From contig OZ024743.1 of NCBI GenBank assembly GCA_964016885.1, positions 230,702,001 through 230,766,000 on the forward strand: a stretch of DNA of 64,000 nt. Reading direction: 5' to 3'. Source of the stretch: Eledone cirrhosa (taxonomy: Eukaryota). Numbering within the stretch: position 1 is the stretch's first letter; every line of letters begins with the position of its first letter. Positions 26,557 to 40,969 of this stretch are shown piece after piece. Below the pieces are notes generated by a model, which was given only the letters and a program-made list of their open reading frames with translations, searched no databases and was not told the DNA's origin. The translations under genes were made by a program, and so were the position numbers.

Positions 26557-27732
26557 TATTTTGAGTCTCAATCATTGAGGTTATTCAACTGGAAAGTTTG
26601 TTGAAATGAATATCAAGCCACTACCTGCAGCCTCAGATATTCAGGACTATCGGAGGGTTCTTGCTGTTCCAAGCAAGCATGCCTTTTGAAGTGTTCCAAA
26701 AAGCGGGGCGGGACCATTTTCTTTAACCATCCTTGGAATCTCTTTGAGATAGTAGCTAGTGCGCCTATGACAATCGGGACCACTTTGACTTCATGGCAGT
26801 TCCAAATCCTTTTTACCTCCGATTTTAAGTCCTAAAATGCCACAGCACCTTCACCTGATCGTTTTCTATAACCGACTCTGGCTTATGCTCATACCACTTC
26901 TCAGAATGTGGTAAATTGTTTACTTTGCATATGTGCCAGTGGATCACCCTGCTCATCACATCATGTATCCAGCCTTTATAGTGAGTCTGGGCTAGTTGTT
27001 TACACTCGGATACAATGTGAGTCACAGTCTCCTTTCTCTCTCGAAAGATCCTACACAGTGGGATAGCCACCGTCTTGTAAATATGGTGTTTCAGCCACTC
27101 CGTTTTGAGGGCCTGCTCTTGCGCTGCCATTAGCATTCCTTCTGTAGCCTTTTTAAGGTCTCCTCTTTTCAATCAGTTCCATGTCTATGGATCTCTAAAT
27201 TCAGTTTTCTCAAAGAAGGTACTATGAAGGAATTTTTCATGAAGGTTGCTCTTTCTCCTTGTTATTTCCTTCTTGAACATCGCCTGGTCTATTGTCCTCT
27301 CCTTCAGTACTCTTCTGAGCATTGTTCCCCTACTATCAGCCACGTATTTGTGTAGGTTGTTTTTCTCCATCTGAACACAGTCCTCTATGCTGATAAGACC
27401 TCTTCCACCCTCAGATCTCCTTAAGTAGAGAATTTACTGCACTTATGGCATTCCTACTGTTCAGATGTGACTTTAATAAGCTCTTTACTCTCCGATTGTA
27501 TTCAGATCTTATCAATTCCTTCATTTTTTTCTTCTTGATGTCATCAGCCTCCAGAACACCGAAATACTTGTATCCTTCTTCAGTATCAATTTCCTTTATC
27601 ATCTCACCTATTGGTACTAGGATTCGGTTGCTTCTGCTCAATTTACCACACTTCATCACAAGGACTCCACACTTACTAATACCAAATTACATACTTATAT
27701 CATTGCTGAAAATACGGACAGTGTCAACAAGC
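26557..27732 (-). mobile_element. R4/Dong-like copy 2, 5'-truncated, 3' end in the SINE's (TTA)n tail
   Basis: ORF pieces 27411-27659, 27185-27370 and 26825-27172 match 1330-2645, with an additional internal deletion near 26825. Confidence 0.88.
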
Positions 27733-27735
27733 TCA

Positions 27736-28975
27736 CCCGCCGAGGTTGACTTTGCCTTTCATCCTTACGGGGTCGATAAAATAAAGTACCAGTATTGCAC
27801 TGGGTAATTGCTGGCCTTGTGCCTAAAGTAGAAACAATTATTATTATTGAATTGGCAGTATCGGTAGAGGGTTGGACGCCATGCTTTCTAGCATAGTTAC
27901 GTCCCTTTACAGTCTGAGTTCAAATCCCGCCGAGGTTAACTTTGCCTTTCATCCTTACGGGGTCGATAAAATAAAGTACCAGTAATGGACTAAGTAATTG
28001 CTGGCCTTGTGCCTAAAGTAGAAACAATTATTATTATTGAATTGGCAGTATCGGTAGAGGGTCGGACACCATGCTTTGACGCATAGAGTTACAGCCCTTA
28101 CCTTTCTGTGTTCAAATCTCGCCGAGGTTAACTTTGCCTTTCATCCTTACGGGGTCGATAAAACAAAGTACCAGTAATGTACTGAGTAATTGCTGGCCTT
28201 GTGCCAATATTAGATCAATTATTATTATTATCAGCCGAGGTTAACTTTGCCCTCCATCCCCACGGGGTCGACAAGACAAAGCACCAGCAATGCACTGTAA
28301 AGTTTGAATGTCTGACTTAGTTTTTTTGTTTGTTTGTTGGTTTGTTTTTCTTTTCTTTACGTTTTTCGTTGCTGCTGTGCTGTTTTTATTTTTTATTTTT
28401 TTATTTTAGCTTCATGAGAAGTAGGGCGGTTGCGTTCAAAACTTTTGAAATTTGTTTCGAATTGTTACTTATGATTATTATTATTGCATTGGATGTATCG
28501 GTAGAGGGTTGGACGCCATGCTTTCTAGCAGAGTTACGCCCCTTTACAGTCTGAGTTCAAATCCCGCCGAGGTTAACTTTGCCTTTCATCCTTACGGGGT
28601 CGATAAAATAAAGTACCAGTAATACACTGGGTAATTCTTGGCCTTGTGCCTAACGTAGAAACAATTATTATTATTATCAGACGAGGTTACCTTTGCCCTC
28701 CATCCCCACGGGGTCGACAAGACAAAGCACCAGCAATGCACTGTGTAATTGCCGGCCTTGTGCCAAAAGTAGCAACAATTATTATTATTATTATATTATA
28801 CGGGGTCGATAAAACAAAGCACCAGCAATGCACTGGAAAATTGCCGGCCCTGCGCCAAAGAAAGAAAAAAAATAGAAACAATTATTATTATTATACGGGG
28901 TCGATAAAATAAAGTACCAGTAATACACTGGTGATTTGCTGGACTTGTGCCTAACGTAGAAACAATTATTATATT
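27736..28975 (+). mobile_element. Head-to-tail array of about 8 full and truncated SINE copies, mostly joined through (TTA)n tails
   Basis: Copies start near 27736, 27851, 28041, 28234, 28488, 28682, 28800 and 28894. Confidence 0.88.
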
Positions 28976-29526
28976 ATAGTTTAGATTTGACATCGTTTAA
29001 ACTAAACACTTTGGGGGAGTTTTAGAGGTACAGCAGCAATAATGTTTTTGTTGTTGTTGTTGTTGCCTCTGACTGGGTCATCAAATCAGTCTATTTATAT
29101 ATTTTGATACCTTCCTTACTTAGTGGGAATTCTACTATCCCTCTGTCTTAACAGGAGGTAGTGGGAGAGAATAGCGGCGGTAGCGATAATGATGCAGTGG
29201 TGGTGATGTGATAGTAGTACTGTAGTGATGGTGTTGAAGTAACAGTTGGTTTCGTTAGATTTGTTTGTGTGGTAATGGCGATGGTGGCGCCGGCGGTGGT
29301 GGTGTTGGTGGTGAAATTATTTGCCTGTTTGTCCACGTAGCCAGTTTCCTTTTCTTGACTATAACATTTCTGATCCAAAATTAAATATTTAATATTGGGG
29401 TCCTATGCCATAATGTGACACGTTGTCACTTGCTGAGAGTAAAAAACTGTAATCTTAAGTTCCATTTGTAATAAGAATTATTCTATCACGGTTGTTTTAA
29501 ATATGTAAAAATTAAAAACTTACGGG

Positions 29527-29562
<36 letters not shown>

Positions 29563-29954
29563 GAATGCCATGGTTGACGTCGGCTCGGCTCTGTAAGGTA
29601 TTGTAAATTTTGACCGCTATAACAATTGTAAATTGTGTAAAACCAAATTGTAGACAAAATCACCATCCTCCTCGTGAGAGGGGTCTTTCTGCCCGTTATT
29701 TGGCCCTTCGGGGTTAAATAACCGCTTATTGGTGTTTGTGCCCAATATTTATTTTAAACCAAATAAAAACATGGCTACAAAAAAGAATTTTCACAAGTCA
29801 CTCCCACTCATTCCGTCTTCTTCTTCCTCATCGTCACTACAGCAGAGAGAAGATTGTCTCTCTCCCTCCCTTCTCTAAATGTGTCTCTCTCCCTCCCTTC
29901 TCTTTCGCAAGCGACGCCAGTAAAGAAATTTATTTCCAAAATCACGTGCAAAAC

Positions 29955-30154
29955 ATGGAACATTTCTCCACGACGACGACAACGACGAAAAAGGTGTGCA
30001 GTAAATACGAAAACCCATTTCAATCGTCTGACGTCATGAATAATAGCAGTAGCAGCCGTAATAACAGCAGCAGCAGGAACAGTGACAAGGAAAACAACAG
30101 TAGCAGCCGCAACAGCATCAGCAGCAGCATAAACAACAACAGCATTAGCAGCAA

Positions 30155-30186
<32 letters not shown>

Positions 30187-31915
30187 ACAACAACCACAGC
30201 AACAGCGGCGGCGGCAGTAGTCGTAGTACCTGCAGCAACAACAAAAGTAACAGCAGCTCTGACGACAACAACAACAACAACAACAGCAGCAAAGAAAAAA
30301 CAATCTCGTTTGCAGGTATCGCCAAGAACCTGGAAACCATCCTCATAACAAATGAGGGATTACAGGAAGCAAAGAAGATGGTGACGAAAACCGGACACCG
30401 AGCAATCTGCAAGGCAGCCGAAAAAATTTTCGAAACCCAACAGCACTGTACGGTCACGTACCGTACAGTAAACACACAATCCCGTAGGGTTGAAAGAGCC
30501 ACAGAGGTTCAAATACAAAAAAGCCTTAGGGTCTGTGTGGCAGCGGAAAACGCATATCACCCGAGGCAAGAAATATGCCACCGTAGACGTGCTTTTTGCC
30601 ACACCCCAGGAGGCAAACGCTAAATCCTTAGTGACCCTAAGGAGCGAGGAAATGGTGTTTGTGCCCTCCTACTGCGGGCAAAAAATTGTGAGGGTCAAAC
30701 TGACCCACGCCCCACCCCCCTCCCGGATGGCCCCTTCTTAGCTGGCCGCGTCTGTCCTCGTCGGAATCGAGGACAAAACAACTGTACTGCAAGTACAGAA
30801 AAAACTAAGAGAAGATTGGGTCGGCACCTCCATTGAGATGTTAATCCAAACCAACCAGGAGTGCATCGAAGCTATCCCGGATGTGATAGACTTCGATAAC
30901 GGCACTCAACTGCCCATAAGTGTTGAGGGAAAACGCCCGAAATGCTTTCGCTATGGATCGAAGACTCACCTCAGGGCCTTCTGCAACGAGAAGACCCTGA
31001 GAAAGGAGAAAACCCCGCTCCTTCCGAAACCGGCTCCACTGCTACCAGCAACAGGACAAGCAGCAACCAGGAAGGATAGGTCCGTGGCACCCATACCCAC
31101 GCCACGCAAATCAAGAACAGCAGCAGTAGTGGAAGTATTAACAACAACAACAGTAATATCAACTGCAGCTGCAAAAGAGACTCCACTGCAAACATCACCA
31201 ACAACAAGTGAAATAGTGGAGCTGGTACCCCTCCCCGACCTCACAGAAACAGACATGGTGTGTGAGGTGGGAGAGGGATGGCAAAAGGTCGCAAGAAAGC
31301 ACAAACGCAGAGCAGTGCATCGTCGCCTTCGAAAAGGGAGGAAAGAAATGAAAAAAAGGGTAAAGGCTACTGCAAAGAGACACACAGCAGCAACACCATC
31401 ACCACCCACACTAACACCACCATCACCACTGGCGACAATCCCACCGCCAACAACAACAACGCCTTCAACACAACCACCACAAGCACCAACATCGCAAACA
31501 ACAACAAAACACACACACCCAGCAACAACGACAAGAAAATAGCAGAAACACACCCCACCCCCAGAAAAACAAATGTACAGCAATAAATACACACAACAAG
31601 AAATTAATGACTTACATAATTGAACATATAGACATTTCACAGCACGACTACATAATACCAGAACCAATCAAAACACCAACGAACATAAGACTGGTAAGAA
31701 TAGCACAGAAACAATACACAAACATTAAAACGAAATTCCCCAACGCAGTTGGTGATTTCAGAGACTTAGGAGGGACTCTCAACCGGAGAGTATATTCGGA
31801 CATACTCATAGAAGAGCCAACGACCAGCCGAAGGGACGATTCAACGGTCCCTTCAGCAGACGATCAAGTGAAAAGGGATGGCGAAACCATCCTTCCTCTA
31901 CGAAAAGTACGGTAA
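29955..31915 (+). pseudogene. Tx1-A ORF1 (N/S-rich N-terminus, CCHC knuckle, P/T-rich tail), frameshifted
   Basis: SFAGIAK motif; GKRPKCFRYGSKTHLRAFC (second Cys mutated); homologous to ORF1 of copies B and C. Confidence 0.8.
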
Positions 31916-31949
31916 GTGGTCTTTCCCATCTTTTCCACTCCATTTCAAC

Positions 31950-34900
31950 ATGACCTCACTCAGAATAGGCAGCATAAATTCGCGTGGCTTGGGGTCGTCA
32001 AGGAAGCAGGGCCACCTGCGCAGCGTCCTCAGGTCACTAAACAGAGATGTAGTGGCCATCAGCGAGACCAGAATCTCCGAAGCACGGGCCTTCGCACCGA
32101 TCTTCGGCGGCTACGATGTGTACGCATCTCTCTGCCGTCCTTCATCGGAGGGTGGAGTTGCTGTCCTTTTCGGAGAGGTTTGGATCTCGCCATACGGGCC
32201 ATCTTCCTGGGCCCAGAAGGTAAGTTGGTGGTGCTGGGCGTGACCAGCGGAGACGGCCAAGCTTTCAGGCTAGTGGCCGTCTATGCCTCGACAGGAGCAG
32301 GGCGGCCTGATTTCTTCCGGCGTCTGGAGACCTTTCTTGGAACGTCCCGCTCTTTAGCGTTAGTGAGCGACTGGAACGGGATCTTAGATGCACGCTGTGA
32401 CTGTGTGGGATTAGCGGATAGGGGTGGAGGGTGCAAGAGCCTCACCAACCTGCTCAGACGTTTTAAACTGTCTGACAGGTACCAATTGGATTTCCCGAAT
32501 GTGCCAATGTGGACTTGGAAATCGCATAGGGCAATCCAGATGATCATATCTAGATAGAGTATTTTGTAGGGAAATAGATAGGTCTAGCATAGGCTGTCAA
32601 CAATTCAAGATAGTCAGCTACACGGACCACAAATTCGTGATCTGTGTGCTTGACTTAGATAGGCTTCATAGACGAGGACCCGGCTACTGGAAGCTAAACG
32701 CGTCCTTACCAGCGCGCAAGGCCTACAGAGACCGGATTAGCGAACTAGTTAAGCGGGCGTTGACGGGGGCCATCGCCAACAACAAGTGGAGGTTTGCTGT
32801 GAAAAGAGCGATTAGAATAGAGTCGATTAGGTTTAGTTAGGCTTTAGCAATAGAGAAAAATAGAGCAGAGGGAGAACTAGTTAGAAAATAAGACGAGGCG
32901 CTTAGCAAAGGCATCGGGAGCGACGTACTTGCGGCCAAATTGGCCTTTGAATAATTCTTCAACGCAAAGCGCGAAGGCTGCGTTGTCAGAGGTAGGGTGC
33001 GTGCTCTCAGACACGAGGGGACGGAAGCCGTTCAATGGGCCCGAGTGGCGGAGGTGCGTCGTGGCAAAAAAGCCACGATCCGGTCTTTGGTGGACCACGA
33101 CGGGCTCATGCTATTCGATCCCGGGCAAATGTGTGAAGCTTTCCAGCGACACTTCGCCAGGCTGTTCGGGGGCAGCGGCGGGCCGAATCGAGGGATGGAC
33201 TTTAGTGTCTACCTCGACGGATTGCCGTAGCTCTCGGCCACTGAGGCGGAGTGTTGCGAAAAGCCGATAACACCCGCTGAATTACGCGAGCTAATGACTG
33301 GCTGCACAAGGGGTAAATCGCCTGGTTTGGATGGTCTGCCATATGAACTTTACGTACAGATGCCAGACTTTTTCGGAGGCCTCTTGGCAGACGTCTACTG
33401 CAACTGGCAACAGAACGGGAGAATTCCCAGCTCTGTGAGCCGAGGGGCTGTGGGGCTGCTGAGAAGGGATCCGAACAAGGGGGATAATATAGATAGTTTC
33501 AGGCCCATAACTCTGCTAAACACAGAGTTCAAGATTTTGGCCAAGGTCCTAGCAAAGAGGTTGGCGCTTGTCGTAGGTGGTCTGGTTTGAGAGGCGCAGA
33601 CATGCGCCATTCCTGACAGATCCATCCACGACAACCACCACCTCATGCGATATATCGTAGAGAGGGTAGGTAAGGAAACTGGCACGGGTGGGTCCTTGAT
33701 CAATTAAGATCAGTCGAAAGTTTTCGATAGAGTCGACTATCGATACCTAGCGGCAGTACTGAGGGCGGCTGGCTTTGGGCCCGTCTTCAGAGGCTGGATC
33801 ACTGCCACAGTGACATCTGCTCTGTGGTGAGAGTGAACGGTCGCCTTTCGGAACTGTTCAACATCATGCGCTCGGTCCGCGAAGGATGTCCCCTCTCGTC
33901 CCTTTTGTACCTATTGACTCTCGAGCTATTAATGCACAAACTGGAGACGTTGAGGGGGGTCCCGCGCGAACTAGGATGCGGAAGGTCCGTGTCAGCATAT
34001 GCTGACGTTGTCACCGTAGTGGTGTCGAACGCCAAACACATCGAAGCGATCAGCATTACACTAAGAGAATACGAAGCGGTGACAGGAGCAATGATCAACC
34101 AGGAAAAGTCAGTGGGCCTGCAGCTCGGCACCTGGAGAGGCAGGTCCATGCCGTCAAACAGCGTCGTCGGACGCTGGACGGACGGACCGGTTAAATTGCT
34201 AGGGTTCTGGTTCGGTACGGACCTCCAGACGGACAAAAACTGGGACGAGGTGACAAGCAGGGTGGCTTCACTCAGCCAGAAATGGGCGGAGAGGAAGCTA
34301 TCCCTGAAAGGTCGAGCGGAGGTGGCTGACGCGTACATCGCGTCCGTCATCTACTACCGCCTGACCGTCGTACCTTGTCCTAAGCCCCGCCTGACTGCGC
34401 TGGAGCGTTTGCTCTTTCGTTTTTTGTGGAAGGGACTGTCTCCGATGGTCAGGTGGTCCATCTGCTGTCAACACCCGTTTCGTGGGGGGCTGGGCATGCC
34501 GTGGCTGATGATGCGCATAACGCGTTCAGGCTACGACATCTCCACCTCTTCCATGACGGTGATCAGGTCTGGTCGCCGTTTGCTAGACACGTCTTTCCCC
34601 AGCTCGTCTCCTTGACGGAGCTGCAGTCCTGGGTCAAGCGAAGACCGATAGGGAACGCTTGGAGAATGGAATGTCTTCAGGCGCTCACAGTCCTCAACCA
34701 ATCGGGCAATGTGATCGGTGGAAATTCAACCTTGGCGTTGTATAGGGGATTAGTGGAGGGGAATATCGACGACGTACTTGGAGAAACTCTAGGCGTCGAC
34801 GAAAATCAACTAGCCTATCTCTACGGAAGAATTTTCGGGCCGGGGCCTATGGACAACTCCCAGAAATCCCTGGCCTGGCAGTGCTACCGAGGAGCTTTGC

Positions 34901-35361
34901 CAGTTCGGGATAAACTGTACAGGCATGGAGGTGCCGTCAGCCGGGAATGTCCGAGATGCCCGCAGGGCGACGAAACTGTCCTTCACGCACTCGTCCGGTG
35001 TCCGAGTATTGCTGACTTGTGGGTTTATGTCGAACACCTGCTGTCACGTGTAGGACGGATCCAGCTACCAGCTGTCCATCGTGAGGATTACTCCGCCCTC
35101 TTCCTTTAGCCGGGAAGGGCAGGCAGTTTTTATCTGTCTTGTGGCCATGGCGAAAGAGATAGTATGGTGGATAGTTTGAAAGGGCTGAAGACGAGCACTT
35201 ACCTCTTCGGTGATGCCCTGATTAACTTTTTCAAATTTCATTTGAAAAGGAAAATCAGGGTGGAGAAGGGAGTGCTCTCTTCGCAGCATTTTTATGAAAG
35301 ATGGGTGAGAGAGGCAAGAATGGCCCGAGTGAATGGGCCTACTCTGAGTATGTGTCTGTAA
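31950..35361 (+). pseudogene. Tx1-A ORF2 (APE-RT-zf), many stops and frameshifts
   Basis: MTSLRIGSINSRGL, AISETR, DWN, GPGYWKLN, KSPGLDGLP, FRPITLLN, SVREGCPLS, YADV, CPRC..ETVLHAL. Confidence 0.88.
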
Positions 35362-35640
35362 ACTAAAGGTGGAAAACTGGGAGAGGGCACTTGCCCTGGT
35401 TGTCAGGGTCACTGTGGTCTTTTAATGGAGTTTCTCCTCAAATGTCTCTCGGAAGTCTCCGCCCCCCCCCCCCCTATTGGGGAATTTTTCATTGTTATTT
35501 TTATTACATCCTTTGTTTTTTTTTACACGCAGAAATGCCCATTTGTACCGTCCTGCATTGTCCTGTACTGTCCTTAATGTCTACTTTATGTAAACCCTTT
35601 TGTTAATAAAGAAAGCATTATTATTATTATTATTATTATT

Positions 35641-38600
35641 GGTTGGTGAAGCCACGCTTCTTATCGCCTCCAGTCATTTTCAACATTTTACCTCTTTTTC
35701 AACCGTTCTAAACCTTTTATTCAAGTTTTAAATTTGATAAAAGTTTAGAAGAAGTGACCCACCTAATACAGGGTTTCACTAGTAAATAATACGGCACCCC
35801 TTTACGGGGTGACGTATTCGTATTTGTGTAAAAATATTTTTTGAAAAATTTCAACATGGATAACACAAAAAAGAGAGAGAGCGCTGTCAGACAACACAGA
35901 GAGAGGGAGACTTTATCAGCATATCAACAAGATAGCGTTCCAGCCGAGGTAAATATAAACGAAAATATTACAAAGGAAAAAAAGATTGTTACAGATTTAA
36001 AATTAACAAATATTTCTAACACAAACAACACCAACAATAACACCAACAACATCACCAACAACAACACCAAAAATAACAGCGGTAAAGTCGAGAACGACAA
36101 TAACAAAAATAACAGCGGTATGGTCGAGAACGACAATAACAAAAATAACAGCGGTAAGGTCGAGAACGACAATAACAACAGCCACAACAACAATAATAGT
36201 GGGAACAGTATTAACAAAAACAACAATAATAACAACAGCCACAGTAACAGTAGCAACAGTATCAACGAAAACAACACCAACAACTGTACCAGCGAAAACA
36301 ACAACAATGACACCGATACCTGTTATAGCGACCTCAGCACCACCAGTAAGACCAGTAGCGGCAGCAATAGTGGTGCTGCTGAAAAAGAGACCACTTCTTT
36401 TGCAGGTGTCGCCCGAAATATCGAGACAGTGTTCGTCACAGAGGAGGAGATGGCAGTTGCAAGGGCCATGGTGACAAGAAGCGCAAATAGAGTTTCCCTG
36501 AAACCTCCACCCGATTTTTTCAAGGACCAGCAGCTTCGGACGGTGACTTACCGCACCGTAAGCAAAATCTCACATCGAGTGGAGAGAGCCACGGAGGCTC
36601 AAATCCAAAAGGACTTGGGGTGCGTCTGGGCACGCAAAACCCACATCACCCGAGGCAGAAAGTACGCCACTGTAGACGTACATTTCGCCACCCCCAGGAA
36701 GCAAAGTCTCACTCTTTGGAAACCCTAAAGAGTGAGGAGTTAGTCTTGGTGCCCTCCTACAGCGGGCAGAAAATTGTGAGGGTCAAAGTGACCCAGGTCC
36801 CACCCGACGTGCTCATACCTTGGCTGGCTGCGTCTGTCCTTGCTGAAATTGTGAACAGTGCGACCATGCTCCAAGTAGAAAAAATAGGGAGAGAGAACTG
36901 GTCAGGTATAGGCATGCAAATGCTTATACAAACTGACCAGGAATGTATCGAGGCTATCCCCGATATCATGAGACTTTGAGGAAGGACTCCAACTCCCTAT
37001 AAGTGTAGAAGGAAGACGGCCAAAATGTTATCTCTGTGGGTCGAAGGGTCACCTCAGGGCCTTTTGCCCGCAGAAGACACCGAAGAGGGCCCCTCTCCTT
37101 CCAATACCTCGTCCGCTGCTATCAAGAGCAGGACAGGCAACAAACGAAGAAGCCCCTTCCTCGGTGAGTAGGAGGCAAACGTCCGTAGCACCCGTACCAA
37201 GGCCACGGATAACTAAAGCAGCATCATCAGTAGCGGCAACACCAATAGCTACATTTGAAATAGCTACAGCAGCAACAACATGGCCGAAGAGGGCTCCACT
37301 ACCACCACCAACAGCCGTGGAGCACATACCCCTCCCAGACGCCACAGAATCAAACATGGAGTTTGAGGCGGGAGTGACGTGGCAAACAGTCTGCCACAAA
37401 AAACAAAAAACAAACAAACCCTTAGATTCACCCTCCAAAAGCGAAGGCATACAAAGAGGGGTAAAGGCAGCAAGGAAACTTGCAGCAACACCACCACAAA
37501 CACCAACAACGCAAATAAAACAAGACACACACACCAAACAGCAACAAGAAGTAAACGGCAACAAAATCACCCCTCCCCCCAAAAAGTACACAGCCATAAA
37601 CATAGCAAAAAAAGAACTCATAAAATATATAGAGCAGCACACAGACATCACGGAAACAAATTACTACACCCCACCAACACCAAGAACTCTTCCGACAAAC
37701 ATAAGAATCATCGAAATCTCAATAGAACAATACAAACCTTTAAAACAAAAATTCCCCAACGCAGTTGGAGACTTCACAGGGTCGGTTACCAAGAGGATAT
37801 ACACTGACATCCTCTTAGAAACACCCATGACCAGCGAAAGGGACGGTTCTACTGTCCCTTCACCACACGTACAAGGTAAGTGACCCTTTCTCATTTGCCC
37901 CGTTTCTCATCCAAAATGGCTGTACTCAGAATAGGCAGTATAAATGCACGTGGCCTGGGGTCATCTTGGAAGCAGGGTCACCTGCTCAATGACCTCAGGT
38001 TACTAAACATAGATGTGGTGGCCATCAGTGAAACCAGAATCTCCGAGGCACCGGCCTTCGTACCGATCTTCGGCGGCTACGATTTATACGCATCTCCCAG
38101 CCGTCCACGATCGGGGGAGGGGTTGCCGTCCTTTTTCGGAGAGGCTTGGATCTCGCGATATGGGCCATCTTCCTGGACCCAGAAGGTAAGTCGATGGTGC
38201 TGGACGTGACCGGCAGCGAAGGCAATGCTTTCAGGCTAGTAGCCGTCTACGCCCCAAGTGGGGCAGGACGGCCAGTTTTCTTCAGACGTCTAGAGACCTT
38301 TCTTGTAACGTCCCGCTCTTTAGTGTTAGTGGGCGACTGGAACGGTATCTTGGATGCACGCTGGGATCGTGTGGGGATAGTGGATAGGGGAGGAGGGTGC
38401 AAGAGCCTCACCAACCTGCTCAGACATTTTGAACTGTCTGACAGGTATCGACTGGATCACCCGAATGTGCCAATGTGGACATGGACAAACCGCATCGGGT
38501 CATCCAGATCGTATCTAGATAAGGTATTCTGCAAGGAGCTAGATAAGTTGTCCACAATTTAAAATAGTCGACTACACAGACCACAAATGTGTGATCTGTG

Positions 38601-40969
38601 AGATCGACATAGACAGACTTCATAGACAAGGGCCTGGTTACTGGAAGCTGAACGCGTCTTTCCCGGCGCGCAAGGCCTACAGAGACCGGATTAGCGTATT
38701 AGTTAAGCGGGCGTTGACGGGAGCGGCCGTCACCAACAGGTGGTGGTTCGCCCTGAAAAGGGCAATTAAAGTAGAGTCGATTAGGTTTAGCAAAGGAGTA
38801 GTGATAGAGGAAAATAGAGTAGAGGGAGAGCTAGTCAGAAAGCTAGAAGAGGCGTTTAGGACAGGCATCGCAACCGACGTGCTTGCGGCGAGATTGGCAC
38901 GCGACCAATTCTTCAACGCAAAATAGGAAGGCTGCGTTGTCAGAGCTAGAGCGCGTGCTCTGAAACACGAGGGGACACAAGCCGTCCAATGGGCCCGGGT
39001 GGCAGAGGCGCGACGTGGCAATAAACCACAATTCGGTCTTTGTCTGACCAAAACGGGTGCGTGATGCTCGAACCCGAGCGGATGTGTGAAGCTTTTCAGC
39101 AGCACTTTGCTGAACTGTTCGGGAGCGGCGGCGGCCCGGATCGGGACATGGACTTCAGTGCATACCTCGAGGGACTGTCTCGGCTCTCCACGACCGCAAT
39201 ACAGTGTTGCGAAAAGCCAATAACAGACGCTGAAATAGGGAAGCGATGGCCAACTGCACAAGAGGTAAATCGCCAGGTTTAGATGCAGATGTCTACTGCA
39301 ACTGACAGCAGAACGGGAGCATTCCCAGTTTTGTGAGCCGGGGAGCAGTGGCGCTGCTGAGAAAAGACCCGAACAAGGGGGATGTTATTGATAATTTCAG
39401 GCTCATAACCCTGCTAACCGCAGAGTTCAAGAATTTGGCCAAGGTGTTAGCAACGAGGGGTACATCGCCAGGTTTGGATGATCTGCCTATACGAGCTTTA
39501 TGCATTTATGCCAGACTTCTTCGGAGACTGGCAGCAGAACGGGAGCATTCCCACTTCTGTGACCTGGGCAGCGATGGCGCTGTTGAGAAAAGACTCGAAC
39601 AAGGGGGATGTTATCGATAATTTCAAGCCCATAACAGTGATAAACACAGATATTGACCAAGGTGTTAGCAACGAGGTTGGCGCTTGTCGTCATGGGTCTG
39701 GTGGGAGAGGCGCAGACATGCGCCATCCCGGACAGATCCATACACGACAACCTCCACCTCATGCGATACATCATAGAGAGGGTGGTTAAGGAACCTGGCA
39801 AGGGTGGGGCCCTGATCAACTTGGATCAATCCAAAACATTCGATAGGGTCGACCATCGGTACATGGCGGCGGTCCTCGAGGCAGCCGGTTTCGGGCCCGT
39901 TTTCAGGCGTTGGATCGCAGCAATGTACAGCGACATCTGCTCAGTTGTGAGGGTGAACGGTCACCTGTCGCAGCCGTTCAGCATCATGCGCTCTGTCCGC
40001 CAGGGTTATCCCCCCTCGACCCTCTTGTACGTATTGGCTCTCGAGCCGTTACTGCACAAACTGGGGGCGATGAGGGGCGTCCCACGCGAACTAGGATGCG
40101 GGAAATCCGAGTCGGCTTACGCTGACAACGTCACCGTGGTGGGGTCGAGCACCAGACACGTCCAGATGCTCGGCACCGCTCTCAAGGAATACGAAACGGT
40201 GACAGGAGCAAAGATAAACCAGGAAAAGTCGGTGGGCTTGCAGCTAGGCACCTGGAGAGGCAAGTCCATGCCGTCCGACAGCGTCGTGGGGCGTTGGAAG
40301 GACGGAAAGGTTAAATTGCTAGGGGTCTGGTTCGGACCGGACCTCCAGATGGAGAAACACTGGAACGAGGTGACGAGCAGGGTGGCCTCCCTCACCCAGA
40401 ATGGACTGAGAGGAAGCTGTCCCTAAAAGGCCGGGCGGAAGTGGCGAATGCGTCATCGCATCTGTCATCTGCTACCGCCTCACCGTCGTCCCTTACTCCA
40501 GTCCAACTCTCACCAAAATGGAGCGCCTCCTCTTCCGCTTCTTGTGGAAGGGACGCGCTCCCATGGTCAGACGATCCATCTGCTGTCAACACCCATGGCG
40601 TGGAGGACTGGGCATGCCATGGCTGATGATGCGCAAACATACGCTGAGGCTGCGACATCTCTGGTGCTTCCTTGATGGTGAACGGGTGTGGTCGCCGTTT
40701 GCCAGGCACATTTTCCCACAGCTCGTCTCCTTGACGGAGCTGCAGTCCTGGGTCAGAAAAAACCGAGGGATAGCGCTTGAAAACTGGAATGTCTCCAGGC
40801 GCTCACTGCCCTCTGCCAACTGGGCACCAGTATCGGTGGAACATCCACCTCGGCGTTCTATAGAGGACTAGTGGAGGGGAAGAGCGTCTACGTTCACGGA
40901 GAGATCCCGGGCGTCGAAGAAGATCAGCTGTTTGCTCTCTTCCGGAGAACTTTCAGCACGGGGCCTATG
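35641..40969 (+). mobile_element. Tx1/L1-clade LINE, subfamily B, starting immediately after the (TTA)n tail of copy A; 3' end lost
   Basis: Distinct 5' UTR; ORF1 35856-37883 with intact CYLCGSKGHLRAFC; ORF2 from 37916 with YADN; breaks off at GGGCCTATG. Confidence 0.88.

Larger units (their letters stand above)
29562..35640 (+). mobile_element. Full-length Tx1/L1-clade LINE, subfamily A, flanked by (TTA)n on both sides
   Basis: (TTA)n at 29528-29561 and 35617-35640; 5' UTR, ORF1, short spacer, ORF2, 3' UTR with AATAAA. Confidence 0.9.

Noticed and set aside
27736-28975. Regularly recurring repeat that could be mistaken for a CRISPR array
   Set aside because: The units are 80-190-bp SINE copies with Pol III boxes and TTA tails; no unique spacers, no cas genes, eukaryotic context.
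29808-36313. Poly-Leu/Val membrane-protein-like ORFs on the minus strand
   Set aside because: Antisense translations of the AAC/AGC-rich Tx1 ORF1 tracts.
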